Assembly (NCBI GenBank): GCA_030704615.1
Contig: CM060734.1
Coordinates: forward strand, 29,760,001 to 29,824,000
Direction: 5' to 3'
DNA length: 64,000 nucleotides
Source: Takakia lepidozioides
Lineage: Eukaryota; Plantae; Bryophyta
In this document: positions 12,364-25,600 of the stretch, piece after piece
Layout of the letters: the number at the start of each line of letters is the position of its first letter
How positions within the stretch are numbered: the stretch's first letter is position 1
Notes under the pieces: model-generated
Told to the model about the DNA's origin: nothing
The model's input: the letters and a program-made list of their open reading frames with translations, nothing else
The model's database searches: none
Translations under genes and position numbers: made by a program

Positions 12364-13440
12364 TTTCAATAGTAGTTGCTTTTGGGCTGCTTCTGGCTTC
12401 ACTCTGTCTTTTATTCTTTCTTGTTTCTTGCTTTCCTTTTGTCCCATCAGCTCATTGAGCTTTTTGCGGATGTTATGAAGTTTCATTTCCATTTCATTTC
12501 AATGGTAAATGAATAGTTTGTAAGCACTTGCATTTTTTTCATGTTGAAAGTTGGCAGTGACAGCTATGGCTTGCACGCCAGATGGTGAATTGTTAGCATC
12601 ATGCTCCCTTGACGGCTGTATCTTCTTCTTCCACTCCTCAAATTCGTTCAGGCCACTAGGGTATACTTCTTTTCCTCTCACAGATTGGTTTTCGGTGAAT
12701 CTCAATGCTAACCTGTATCACCCCATAGTACATACCCCCGTGGAACCAATTTGCCCATCTGTTCTAACCAACCACTCTTTGTATGTTTTGGATCAAAGTG
12801 GATTGGTGATTATGAATGTTAAGAACAATGGTTTGTACTTGTGTCTTGCAGCTATGCTATGGTACCAGGGCCAATCACATGCATGGACTAGTCGCCTGGT
12901 GGACAACAACTTCTTGTGGCCTGCTCCAATGGAGTCATCATGGAAGTTGTTCGTCCTGGTATTCAGTCTCATCTTCTTTGTAGAAGCCCTGATGAATCTT
13001 TCTCCTTTCACTCGGTTTTTTTTTCTTTCTTGTTTCTTGCTTTCCTTTTGCCCCATAAGCTCTTTGAGCTTTCTCTGGATGTTATAAAGTTCCATTTCAT
13101 TTCATTTCTCTTTGGACCTTGAACATTGTCTTGCACCCTTTTGCCTCCCACAGACAATCAAGAACTGTCTTTCTTCTTGAATCTTCCCCTGAACATTTTA
13201 AAGTTTCTTCCTAGAGATACTATTGTCTATTCCAAGACAGCCAATTTCTCACAGAGGTCTTCCATTGCGAGGATCAGAATGCTTGGCAGCATATATAAAT
13301 GAGGCGTTGACTCTTAGACAATCCCTTTGATCAATGGTTGTTAATGAGCTGCTTGTAAGGCACCATTTCATGTCATTTCATTTCTTGTCCCATGAGCTCT
13401 TTGAGCGTTCCGTGGAGATTATAAAGTTTCATTTCTTTTC

Positions 13441-13944
13441 TCCACTTCTATCAAGAGACATTCTTGGTGCTCCGAGATGATAGAATCTTGAGGCCAAATT
13501 ACCTTTCAGCATCCTTATCTCCTTCCCTCCTGAGGGCATTGGGGCGGTTCAGGGTGGGTTCCCACAACCTACGGATAGAGACTGGCAGATGGGAAAACCT
13601 GCAACGGGAGGACCGCCTATGTCCAGCTTGCATAGGGTGCAGCCAGGAAATTGAAACTGAAGAACACTTCTTCTTCTACTGTCCTCTATACTACGAGACC
13701 GTGGGAGATTCCACTGTTATTTCAGTGGAACCCAATCTCTCACTGAAGTCTTCCACTATGAGGATAAAAAATGCTTGGCAGCCTACCTGCACGAGGCCTT
13801 CACCCTTAGACATTCGCTAGACCATTAGTTCTTATTCTGGGTTCTGGTTTTGTTTCCTCTCTCATGTTTTCTTCCATTTTGTCCCATAAGCTCTATGAGC
13901 TTTCCGCGGACGTTATAAAGCACCGTTTCATTTCATTTCATTTC
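13441..13944 (+). mobile_element. 5'-truncated second copy of the same RTEX-like LINE
   Basis: Near-identical to ~11866-12363, including the 3' UTR and (CATTT)n tail. Confidence 0.9.
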
Positions 13945-14085
13945 TTCAGGGCTGCCACTACCTCTGTATCCTGCTTGGTCTGCATCAAATGCGAGGTCAA
14001 AAAAACATTCTCTGAATGTTCTGAACCATGGGTGATGGCAGTGGAAAATCCTCAATGAGGTTACCCTTTGAACATAAATGCTTAC

Positions 14086-14225
14086 CTTTTTCTCGGGTTC
14101 TGGCGGCGGCGGCGGGGTTGGTGGTTTTGGGGGCAACTTCTTCTTAATTTTGGGGCGACGGAATTTGTAGGGTTTCATGAACAGGTGAGAGAGCTGAAAA
14201 GATTTTGTTGTGTCACCATCAGTTC
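14086..14225 (-). pseudogene. CFAP44: Inverted CFAP44 exon (TDGDTTKSFQLSHLFMKPYKFRRPK..PPPPEPEKK)
   Basis: AG acceptor and GTAAG donor on the minus strand. Its phase-1 start joins the plus-strand exon ending at 12958 (EVVRP-G-TDGD). Confidence 0.65.
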
Positions 14226-16835
14226 CTATGCCACAGCACATAGCCCGGATGGAAGAACAACAGGTTACAAAGGATAAACAGGAATCATGCCAACAGCATG
14301 GAGGAGCAGAATATCATACAGATCACAAAAAAGATGGGGATAGAAAAGGGATATTATAATTTTATCCATCCACAAATGGAAATGAAATGATGGTAATGAA
14401 CTTTATTACGTCCAAGGGAAGCTCAAAGAGCTTATATGTGCTCCACTGGAAGCTACTGCTGATGGGTGCGCACTTCCGAAGTGGAAAAGCTGGGTGGCTC
14501 ATATGTAGCAGAAATTTGGCTGTTTCACAGACGTATGTCCATGCGTAAGCTTACCCTTCTTGGAATACATTTCCGACATTGGTCTTGGTGATCTTCAAGC
14601 AGCAAGAGGGTTGGTGGGGTTGACCAGAATGCTTCAGGAGGAAACAGTGGCTGAAGTGGAGCACTCTCGCAAGGAGCTACAGTGGGACAGTGAAAAGAGG
14701 AATGTGGCTCTTCGCAAACTTTATGGCTTCTTCCTCGACCCATTAGAGGTATGCCTTCCCTTTCAGCCTTCCTAGCTCTGTGAAAGGATGAGAGTGTTTG
14801 GCTTTGAACCATCATTGATTCTCCTAATTCATTAATAAGACGAAGTTTCCAAATACTATTGATTGAACTCTGTATTGCCTCTGCTTCATGTATTCTGTGG
14901 GTTCCATCGTCAAAAAGCTGCTTACCTACCAAACATAGTACCATGGGAGTAGTGGTTGGTTTATGCAGGTCGAACACATTGCGCTTCATGCCTTTGCTTC
15001 AGGAATGCATGTCACCACGTTTCGCACTCCTAAACTTTCTCCAGAATTCAAGGTATTGCAGCTAAACAATTTGGCCATCAAGGAAGAGACCATAGTTGTT
15101 CATTATTGAGCTTGTGACCACTCTTGAAAAGCGGGTGAAAGATGGTTCTTGTCCAGTCTGTTGGGTACCCCCTTGTCAAACAGATTCGTGATATATGGGT
15201 TAAGGTGATTCTCGCATGCTTGAGCCTTTCACTCTGTAGTCCAGACAGACCCAGTGCTTTGCCATCTGTAGTTTTTTGCCCACATTAAGAGCATGAAAGA
15301 GAGTAAACTTCAGAGGTCGGGAAAACAAGGGATCTAAGGCTGATTGGGGAGAATGATACAGGGACACACTTGTGTTGACTGGGATAGGAGATTTGTAGGG
15401 TTCAGGATCGACAAAAATGCTTGGGGCAGTGTTTGACTTGTGCAAGGAAGATAACTACAGTTTGATACTGTAGACTTGTGTCTTTGAACACTTGTACAAT
15501 TGTGGAGTAGACTGAACAGCAAAATTGATTGATTAGACTCTTTGGCGTGCAAGTTTGTGCTCCACATTGTTGGAGGATGTATGTCTGTGAGTGGAGAAAA
15601 GTGAGGGAAGCGGTGGGAAAGTGCATAGTACAAGCCACTCCGCGAGATCGTTTGAGACCACTCTGAGGATGGCCAACCGAACAAGGGCTATAGCCAGGGA
15701 CAGTAGGGAGGTCTTTGCCTTCACATGGGTGTGTTTCCATCTCAAAATGATGTTCCAAAAGAACATACATACCAAGATAGGTTAGCTAGAAAACCTTGAA
15801 GAGGCTCCAAAGTGAGCTATTACAGTTCCATGAACCCATTGACACATGTGATCATGGAGGTGGCTCATGCTTCCCAAATCCTTGGAGGAGGACAGAAACC
15901 CTACCTGATAATGACCCTGCTGTCTCTATAAACAGCCCATCTTACCTGACCTCATGGACTTGGTTGAATTGTAGTATCACTGTTCTGTATTGCAGGGGAT
16001 CATCACTGAGAGAAAAAAAAATTCATTACATCCGCGTTGTGCCCAATAGATACAAACAACCATAGGAACAATGCACAAACAATGCACAAACAAAAACTTT
16101 TTATCAGTTTCACTAAGGCTGTGACCAAAAAATAGAATCTCCATATCAGAAGTAGACTAAAATCTCTGACAGACTTAGTAAGTTCCTGCTACAGAATGCC
16201 AGAATGACACTTTCAAGACATGGGGCAAATCTACCTGTACCAAGTACCTCACAAGATGGATACTAATGGTCAGCCCAGTCCTAAGTATGCTTGGACTGTC
16301 TATGGTGTGAAGGCTGCCCTCGTTGAAGCTGCACAAGTGAAGACAGGAGGAAAACGGGCTTTGAAGATGCAGTCAGATACTTCCCAGGATCAACCTGCTC
16401 AATCTGGAGCTGCCCCCGATAGTGAGGTCTTTCGCCAATTTCTCAACCTTCATTCTAGGAGCTGTCACAGACTAAAAACAATGTTAGACAAAATCAGCTC
16501 GTTTGATAATGGAGAACTGTGTTCTGGTGTTTCATCTCTAAATAGCAGGCACAGCTGGTAGTTCTTTTGACCTGACACCATTGAACATATAATTCGGATT
16601 TCGAATTCACTTCCAAGCACAATGCAGCTATTAACTTCTCTGGAGGGAGGATACATAGCAGTTGTGAGCATATTTTGCAGGCCACCCAGCAAAGCATGCA
16701 TGGTTGAAAATTCCACAAAAAGAGGAGAGGGAAAAGTGATCTAGTGAGTACTTTGCAAAGAGTCATCAGAACCAGTTTTTGTTACTGGAATGCTTGAATA
16801 GGCACAGCTGGGTTATAAAAGAAGAGTCAAACTCA

Positions 16836-17013
16836 AGGCCTTTCTTATTTGCAATGCTAGAAGGGATAGAAAATGATGGTGCATTGAGAGGTCCTCATCC
16901 ATCCCTTTCTTGGGCCGTTAAAGAAGAATCACACTAAAGGCCCTTCTTATTTGCACTGCTAGAAGGGATAGAAAATGTTGGTGCATTGAGAGGTCCTCAT
17001 CCATCCCTTTCTT
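16836..17013. repeat. Direct tandem duplication, ~101-bp period
   Basis: aaggcc(t/c)ttcttatttgca..tgctagaagggatagaaaatg..catccctttcttg occurs twice. Confidence 0.85.
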
Positions 17014-17111
17014 GACCATCATGTGGAAATGAGGATGGCAAAGAAAGGAGAAAAGAAGAAAGTGGATGAAGGGAACTAGCCCAGGACAGTTTCCAATGAA
17101 AATAAGAAGGC

Positions 17112-17872
17112 TTAGGGTCTGAACATTAAGAGCGCGTTGATCTGGCTCACGCGAGCATGGGCTTTTACGAATTCATCCCTCAGCATCTTCTTCTTCTCAC
17201 GCAGGGCAAGAAACCTCGTGTTATAGTGCATCTTTGCATGGTAGACAGCTTCCCCAAACAAGAGCATCTCGTTCCTTTTCAACCTTGCATTTGTGTATTG
17301 ATCATCTGGGACTGAGTACTCTGGATCAGACTTCAACTTGAAATCCCCCTTGTGTGTGTTGGCCCAATCGATTGCAGCGGCATCCTCCTCACTTACCCAT
17401 GTCTACTCACACAAATTGCAGGCATAATAATGTGATCAGTACATAAATTATCGGGACGAAAGGAACTCAGCACAAATGCTTAGGCCTTATTTATGGTCCC
17501 AGCGTTGACTAAATAAACACTGGCAGCAACTGAGGTAGCTTGACCAGAGCGCCTCATGTGAAGGTTTGACAACAGCCCTACTGGAATGTGCCACAAGTAA
17601 CGCGTGGCACCCATTGTGCCCAAAGTCGACACATATATTGCACAAATCTAGCCGTAGTCACAATGATATGTTTAATGATAAAGAACATACAATCTGGACT
17701 CACCAGGTCGGGTTTTGTCAACAGTAATGTAGCCCATTCTCTTTCTTGTTGCTTCAAAAGGCGCCGTCTTTGTTCCAGTTTCGTTATGCCAGGTTCATCC
17801 ACACTCTCAAATTGCTCGCCAGAGGTACTCTTCATAGCAACCAACATGTGTTTCTCAACATCAGTACGTTGC
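17112..17872 (-). pseudogene. CFAP44: Inverted pair of CFAP44 exons (17704-17872; ~17115-17402)
   Basis: EREWATLLLTKPDL|TWVSEEDAAAIDWANTHKGDFKLKSDPEYSVP..YNTRFLALRE matches the CFAP44 'KP..ED..AI....GDF.LK....Y..P' block. Phase-0 GT-AG junction. Confidence 0.8.
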
Positions 17873-19209
17873 CTAGTAAGACTATGTCCGGATATCTTAC
17901 TTGTCCATGGACTCCCTATCTCGACAGAAATACCGCCAGGACCACTCGCATCCCTGAACATTCATATTGTAGAATTTACATTCTGCCATGATAGGTACCC
18001 AGACCGGTCTATTATTTACGACGTGCAAAATATGACCCACTCATACTGGCCCTTCGTCAACATGGATGGAATAGGGCCCCCTTGACTGCGGGGGTGAGAA
18101 GAGGAGCGCATAGCCATAAAGTCCATATCTTAAAAGAAAATCTCAAACTACCTCTTAAATCACAACCCCCCTTTTGCGCACCATTCATTTTACAGCTATC
18201 ATATCGCTCACAGCTTAATCCTCAACAAACTAAAGATTGACAGTGGCTAGCTAGCCACTGTATGACTGGCTACGGTGCTGATAGGGCCACCACTGGGGAA
18301 GAGGCTCTTATTTATGCTAGCTCCGGTTGGCGTCATATATATATCTAGCGCTTAGTTGCCGGTCATATCTAACCGGAAAGTGCAGCACGCAGCTGGAACC
18401 GGCATAGGCCATCAAGCTTACTAACTGGTTAGAGAACCGGCATTGTGATTGTAAGAATGTTAGGGGGCTGAGGCACTAGAACCATTGCACCTTTAGCCAG
18501 CTGTGTTCTTTTCTAATGCGAGAAATCGTCTAACAGCAGGTGAGCAGTCTAACTACACAATCTTCTGACCACTGACATATTTCCCAGTCACACTTATTGA
18601 TATGAGGATGGGTCCAGATTTTGCAAACTATCTGTATTCTACGAGAGAAGAAGAAGATGGTATATACTATGTGCAGGAGGGGCAGAGAGCCCGTAGGACT
18701 TAGTAGAACAGCAGCAAGAAAGATAGTGTCTGATCTTTGGGGATGCTCTCCATGCCTTGTCGGTAAGGGGCCAACCTAGCCCTGAGCCACAGTCAACTCG
18801 TGCATGTTTTAGAGAGTTTTCAACTTCAAGAGCCAGAGGCCCAACTGGCCAATGCCTGCCAACATTGTTCTCTGATAAGGTTCAGAGACCAGTTGTGGAC
18901 AACTTCGCTACACGTATTATGGCTGGTTGTCATTAACTCACTGCTTTGCTGATGCAGGACACCCACGTTCTCCAGGGACAAGACTTTGGCTTTAACAACA
19001 TTAAAAATAATCATATCTTATTCTCTTCTAAAATTGTGGCTTTGTCGTGGTTTGGGGACAATCCCAGGAGCGAGAGGATTATATTGACAGATTAGCAAAG
19101 GAAGCTGCTATTGCTGCTGCTGCGGAGACCAAGGTAAGTAACTTCTCATTGCAGTGGTTCCTACTCCAATGATAAGTTTACTCTTTGTCTGTCTTCCTGA
19201 GAGTGGAGA

Positions 19210-19645
19210 AAGGAAACGACCTTCATAACATCCACAGGAAGCTCAGAGAGCTTATGGGACAAAACAAAGTATCACAGAAGAAAGAAGTGAGCCCCTCAAC
19301 AAGCAGCCCAAGAACATGTATTCAACATCAAGAGATCCTATAAGGTCGAGAGCCTTGTAGTAGGCATCTCTGATCAAGAGGTCAGTGAGGGATTGGCTGT
19401 CCTGGACAGTATGGACCCAAAAGAAATGAAATGAAATGATACTTCATAACATCTGCAGAAAGCTCAAAGAGCTTATGGGACAAGAGAAAGCATGAAACAA
19501 GAAAGAGAGAGGGGCCCTCTACAAGCAGCCCAAGAACAACTACTGCTCAAGGGATTGTCTAAGAGTCAACGCCTCATGCAGATATGCCTCTAAGCATTTC
19601 TGATCCTCATAATGGAAGACCTCTGTGAGAGATTGGGTATCATGG
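19210..19645 (-). mobile_element. Two diverged RTEX-like 3'-end fragments
   Basis: Reverse complement of the 3'-UTR motif (gaaagctcaaagagcttatgggac) with a (GAAAT)n tail; matches the diverged fragment at ~13230-13440. Confidence 0.7.
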
Positions 19646-22600
19646 AAATAAAGAAATACATTAGCTTTGCAGGGATGGGAAGAGCCCTATCATCATTCCC
19701 AAACACACATAGTCCTTGAGTTTAGATACGTTGTTTGTGCGGTTCGGAGAAATATTAAAAAAAAATCTTTTCTCTTCCCGGTTTTTCCTGGTTTCGGGAT
19801 GTTGACTCGTCCCGCGGGTTAGAATGGATAATATGTCCCCGCCTACTTTATCTAAAGATAGAACTCAAATTAGTCCGGTCTTTTTCTTAAGAACGGGTGT
19901 TTTTCTTTTGGTTTCTTGTAAGAAAGAGTCTTTCATGGAGGCTTACGCTTCAAGTTGGTTCTGTGGTCTCTCCAGAGCATACTCACACCCTCTTTTTCAA
20001 GGAGCAGATGGGTTCCAGCTAGTGAAGTTCCTGACACTCTGACCCACAGCTCTCCACCATAGTAAACAGCTCAGAGATGCCTTTCAACCTTAGCCCATTT
20101 CAGGCAAAGCATACTTTGCTTCTGCCACCTGTTGTCTTCATCAGCTTCTTTAAGAACAACTCCTATGCTCCTTAACACTTCTCCAGTTTTAGAACCACAA
20201 AACCGCCGTAGTGAGTGCATCTCAGCTGATGGCACATTTGACTGCAGGAAAAAGAGGGTGGTGGAATGGGTGGTATGGGTGGTGGCCCCAAGAAGAAAGT
20301 GGAAGAGACGAAAGAACTCCAAGTCGAAGTTAAGAAATTAGGGCTTGTGACACCAGAAAAAACAAGAGGCTTCAAACGCAAAGAGGTGGAAAAAGCCAAA
20401 ATCGTTCTATCCCCACTGGAGGTAAGCAAAAGTTACCCTAGAAACAAAGTAAATGTCCACAACAAGCATACATCAGGGAATTCCTGGGGTGCATCAGCAA
20501 GCTGCAACTTACTAATTTACCATTTGCAGGAAGCAGAGCAAGCGGCAAATAATATCAGGCTTCAGTTTGAGAAGTCAAAATTGCAGGGGAAGATAAATGA
20601 TATCATTACTGGTTTTGATCATGAGCTGGAGGAGTTGCGTTTGGAGAAATTTCGCCTTGAGATCAACATGAAGTGTGCTGACCTCAAGATGCTTGCCTTC
20701 TATCAGGTGCCAACTCAGTCACTTTCTGTGGGAATTGTTGCAGCAAGGTTTTGGAATTCACCTCTATCCATGTACAGTAGAAAGAGACAAGAGGGATAGG
20801 AATATTTGTCGGAACACATGTGCAGGATGTAAAGATGCAGATGGCAGTGGCAGCAGGGATAGTGACAGACTCTAATGGTCGTACAGGCAGTTGTTTGAAT
20901 AATACACTAGAGGAAGACATAAAGGGATAGAAAGAGAGAAGACCACAGCATATCAACGAGGTTTCATATCCCCTTCACGAGAGTTTTATGGAAGCAATCA
21001 AGGCAAGCTGCAGTTATGGCTACATGTGTTCCTTCCAGCTCACATTCTTATGTGAAACTGCATAGTGCAGAGCAAGTTGCTGTCCCCATTTTCTCTACTT
21101 CAAGCAGGCCTCATGAACCAGGCCATCATGTATGGACTTCAACCTTTTGCTGCTGTCTGTCTACAGGAACTGAAAGTGCTTCAGGTCCTCCAACCGCAAG
21201 AGGAAGCGCTGGATTCACGCCATAATGCAAAACTGGCAAAGGCTGCTGAAATATTGGTAGTCCTTTGTAAATTTTAGCTGCGACAGGATCAGCAAACTCG
21301 GAAGTGGGGGAGTGATTTTCCAAACAAATGTTGTACTTTTTGGACAAGTAGACTTGCAATTATTAAAGAATTTGATTTCAAACAAATGAGTCTGTCAGAT
21401 CATGTAATAGGTGGACAAGGACAACAGATTGAGATTATAATCTTGAAATGTTGACATACTCCTCAAAACATGCTTGTAAGCTAGGGACGGAATCTCAAAC
21501 ATTCAAATTAGTTTCTCTGACCATATGAGAACTAGGTGCCATCAGAGGGGCAAGCATCTGACAATCAACCATTTGCACAAATGAGTTGTGTTTTTAGGTG
21601 TTCCCCTGAAAAAGTACCCTGTTTGAGAACTTTTTTGGTCTCATTTTGTAATGAATTTAAGGGCTCTCAACTGTTCCTGAAATCACAGGACTCATGATGT
21701 GCGTTGTCTGGACGGATGGTAGTTAAAACTCAGCGAGCATGAGAAGGTGCTTGATGCCAAAAGGGCAGAGGTTCAGGGCTTCCTAGACGCAAGGCAGGAG
21801 GTGATTTTCTATCTTGATTACTTGTTTAAGGAGGTAAAGATGCACCATACAGGCCTTAATTCTCGCTCGTTCACTCCAGCCCATTGTAACATGTACACCT
21901 GTTCATGCATTCCAGAGCAATAGACTTCAATTTGCAGCCAGGATTCAGTACCAAGGGAGCTCCACCAATGTCAAACTGTGCATTTTTAACCAAGAAAGTG
22001 CTGGGTGTGGGATGGTGAGCAGCTGTATGTTCAATTTGAAGCAATGAACATAGTTGGAGAGGAAAACCCGGCACATGATGTGCTTCACAAAATGTATACA
22101 AAGAAAATGAGGCGGCAAAAGAAGAAGGTGGAGGGTCAGGAGGATGACTCAGATGAATCAGAAATGGAAGATACTGCCGATGATGATGAGGATGATTACG
22201 AAGATGAGGATGTAAGTGTCTCAGCTTACCTTCACATTGTTTTCCTGACTTTTCAATAGTTTGCTTTGACCAGCTCAAAAACTTCCTTGCTGCTCAACCA
22301 ACAACCACTCTCATTTTGTGGTGCTGTAGTTCGTGGAGCTTTGCCCTCCCAATGCCAATCCTGATATATACCAAAGATGGTTTCCCTTCGAGATAAGCGT
22401 TGTGACCTGGACTACTTCATCATCGACAATAACAAAATGCTAGATGGTAAGGTTGGAACTCGCAGAGGGGTCTCTCAATTGTCTCTTTTAGGCAAGTCTA
22501 TGGAGTGCCATGGAAAAATGCAGGAATGCAGACACTCCTAAACCAACCAGGAACCACTGTATGCTCAGTTCCATTCTGATTGTCAGGAAAGGGGGAGTTT

Positions 22601-25600
22601 CGCTTATGATTGATCACTTATGACCTGTCTGTCAGGTGGATCTAAAAGTCTACATTTCAAACAAAACAGATGAGCTCTATCATTCCAACCTCAAAAGTGC
22701 CTGCTAAACTGGACACTGTCTGCAGCAATCACATTGGTCTGTTTGAGTTGCTGTAGAATTTGAGGATACAGACATGGCAGAGTTACTCCTGATTTCTGAA
22801 TTTCAGCGCTAAAAAGGGAGAAGGATGGCATCCTGAAGAAGAAGAAAGCAGTTGACATGGCAGTGAATGATGTTGAGGAAGAGATGAAGACATTTCAGAG
22901 ATTGAAACAGACTTCATTGAATGATGTTGACATTGCCCTTACTCTTCGCATGAACCAGGTTCTTTGGCTCCAAGGGGCACCCCAGCCTTTTCCTTTGAAA
23001 GAGCAAAGATTTTTCCTCAACCCTCCTTTCATATGGATAATGTACCATCTATCAAGAAGTAATATAAAGATGTCACTGTTAATTATGTGAATGCCATTTA
23101 CATTGGTGTCTGTACTACCTATTGTGCTTGTTTCCTTAAGATGTTTTCTCTGGGCTCCAACTCACTTCTGGCATTACTATGTTTAACTTCCAGATAGAAT
23201 ATATGGAAGACGGTTTGCTGCCAAAAGACCTATCTGGAGGGCTTGTTTTTAGCAATCTAGAACTTCAGGGCTTACGGGATCGGATAGAGAAGCACGGCCA
23301 TGAAAAGACGGCGCTGCGTAAACTTCACAAAGAGCTGCGCAAGGAGCACTCGACGCTTAACAAAGAGAGGAGAGCCGAAGAAAACAAAACTCAAGAAACT
23401 GAGAACAAGTATATTGAGGTCCAGTTGCTCAAGTTTGGCCAGGTTTATTTCTGATCATAAGTACTTTGGGATGGATGTGTAACTACATCATATGTAGCAT
23501 AACTGGGCTTCAGTAGATGGTGGTGGATCACAACTTCCATCATCACAGCATATTGTGGAGTGAGTAGGGGTTTGGATCATAGGGGCTTCAACATTTTGGT
23601 TGCTCTCAAGGGCCAAGAATGCAAATTTGAAGGTTTTTTGCTTCCGGTACACCCCAATATGCCAAAGTAACTATACAGAGGGCTTCTGATTGTCTGGGGT
23701 TGCATAAAAGTAGATGAGCTGTTTTGCCAGCTATCATGGCAAATGATCCTCAATGTCGAGAATGGTAGTCATAAGCAGGATGTGGGATATTTCCAGTCAA
23801 AGCACAAATCATTGATTGGAAAGTAAGATTTGGAGTGATCGCCTAACTGGAGCAACTCGGATAGACCTACATGTTTACACTTTGGCAGTGCCACAGACCA
23901 TTACAGATGAGACTTTGGACATTATCAGCATCAAAAAGGACATAAGTGTTTTTTAAGTTCGCAGTAAGTTTGCCTTGCTCACTGATTGTGGTGATTGATT
24001 CTGCATTGGTAATCTGTGAAATTTTCTTGGTGAGGTTAGTGCAAGGATATTCAAATACATTCAAAGTGTCATGCCAGCATGTGGCTACTAGAATGGTAAG
24101 CTGCTCCAACAAGCAGGAGCGTGTTTGATTCTTTGGCAAACTCTTATACTATAGTGGAAGTGTCATGAATTTTTGAGACCAATTATTGCATGGAAAATTA
24201 AGGCTTGTCAAGGCTATTGCACTAAGCTGTGGCATTGTGTGTACAACTGTAACAGTGCTGACCAAGGAAAATGCAGCCATTCTCCACATAATTGCTGATA
24301 TCAAAGGGATGGTCAATGCAATTGATGATGTAAGTTGCCTTGACTAATCTTCTACGTTATCAGTTCAACTCTAGAATCAGTGAATCTTGAAATGGTGTGT
24401 TTAAGAAGCTTCCATCATCAGTGGTCATGGAAAGATTTTTTGCGGGCTACAGTATCACTGAAAATTGAGTGTTACCTTGCTTGCAGAGTCATCCATGTCA
24501 AACGTCCATTCATGCCAGCTGTGGATGGCATTGCAAGCTGCCCAATACCATTTTGATTGTGCATGGATTGAACACACCCTTTTGTCGTCTATGCTGATTG
24601 CTTACACTTTGACAAATTTCCAGGACATGAAAGGGAGAGCAGCAACTGAGTACAAGGACCCACTTCTTGAAAAGAGGAAGGCTGAAGCTGAACAAAAGTT
24701 CCTATGCCAGGTAACTTAAATGTGTGGCCCTTCGCTCTTTGGAAGCTCACTACCTACTTGAAATGTTCGCTGGCAACTAAGATTGAAAACGTCAAACGGC
24801 CATACGTTGGGGTCTCATCTAACAAGGAATGCCTTGTGACTGGTTTGGCTTGATTGATTGCTGCTCTAAGATGTGTCTGGTAATGACTAACTGCATTGTC
24901 ATGAGGACCTTTGATGACCCCATTGGGAATTGAATACTCGTTTTGCGAATGTACATAACCATCACCCATGTGGTCCCATACTGGTGACATTTCCATGGAA
25001 TACAGGCACTGGAAGCCCAAGGGAGCTATGGGAGAGAAAGTTCCTAAAGGGAATCTGAAAATCAAGAATCCAAACTAGGCAGAAATGAAATGAATGAAAT
25101 GAAATGAACTTTGTATTGTCCATGACAAGCTCATGAAAAAACAAACGAGAGTTCATTACAGCCATGCCTGGACCAGTGTTGGGCGGTTATTTGATTATAG
25201 AGAGAACAGTCGGTTCCGGCTAGGAGTGACATAGTCATGGGAAAGACCCTCCGGTGGCGGGGGTTTGGTTTATTTTTCCCTCTAAAGAACCTCCGGTTAT
25301 GGGTATTTGACAACCTGAAATGTTAGGTTATGAGGCGGGGATGGGGTTACATCTATTTGTCAACACGGGTACAACGTCCGGTTTTCAAAGAGAACCTGCC
25401 CCTTCCCACCCGAGGCAGTTCTGAATTTGCTTACATTTGCCATTGTGTTTGGGCTTTTGGCTCTGGAGGTGGCATTTGCAACTATGATGTTGAAGCTTGC
25501 ACAGGGGGCTTGTGGATGCTTCTAATGAGCTCTGCTTGGGCTTCTTGTTCTCCAATGGATCTGTTTTTATTTTGTGAAGAAAGGTATCCCCTTTCCTTCT

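Noticed and set aside
12889-12891. TAG-to-TGG correction by A-to-I editing
   Set aside because: The gene has other irreparable lesions; a C-to-T change at a CHG site on the opposite strand explains it more simply.
14860-15790. Penelope-like retroelement remnant (RGYP-like peptide, minus strand)
   Set aside because: Too degraded to support by eye.
25173-25415. hAT-like MITE (also 19670-19920)
   Set aside because: Composition differs from the flanks, but no convincing TIR pair or TSD was found.
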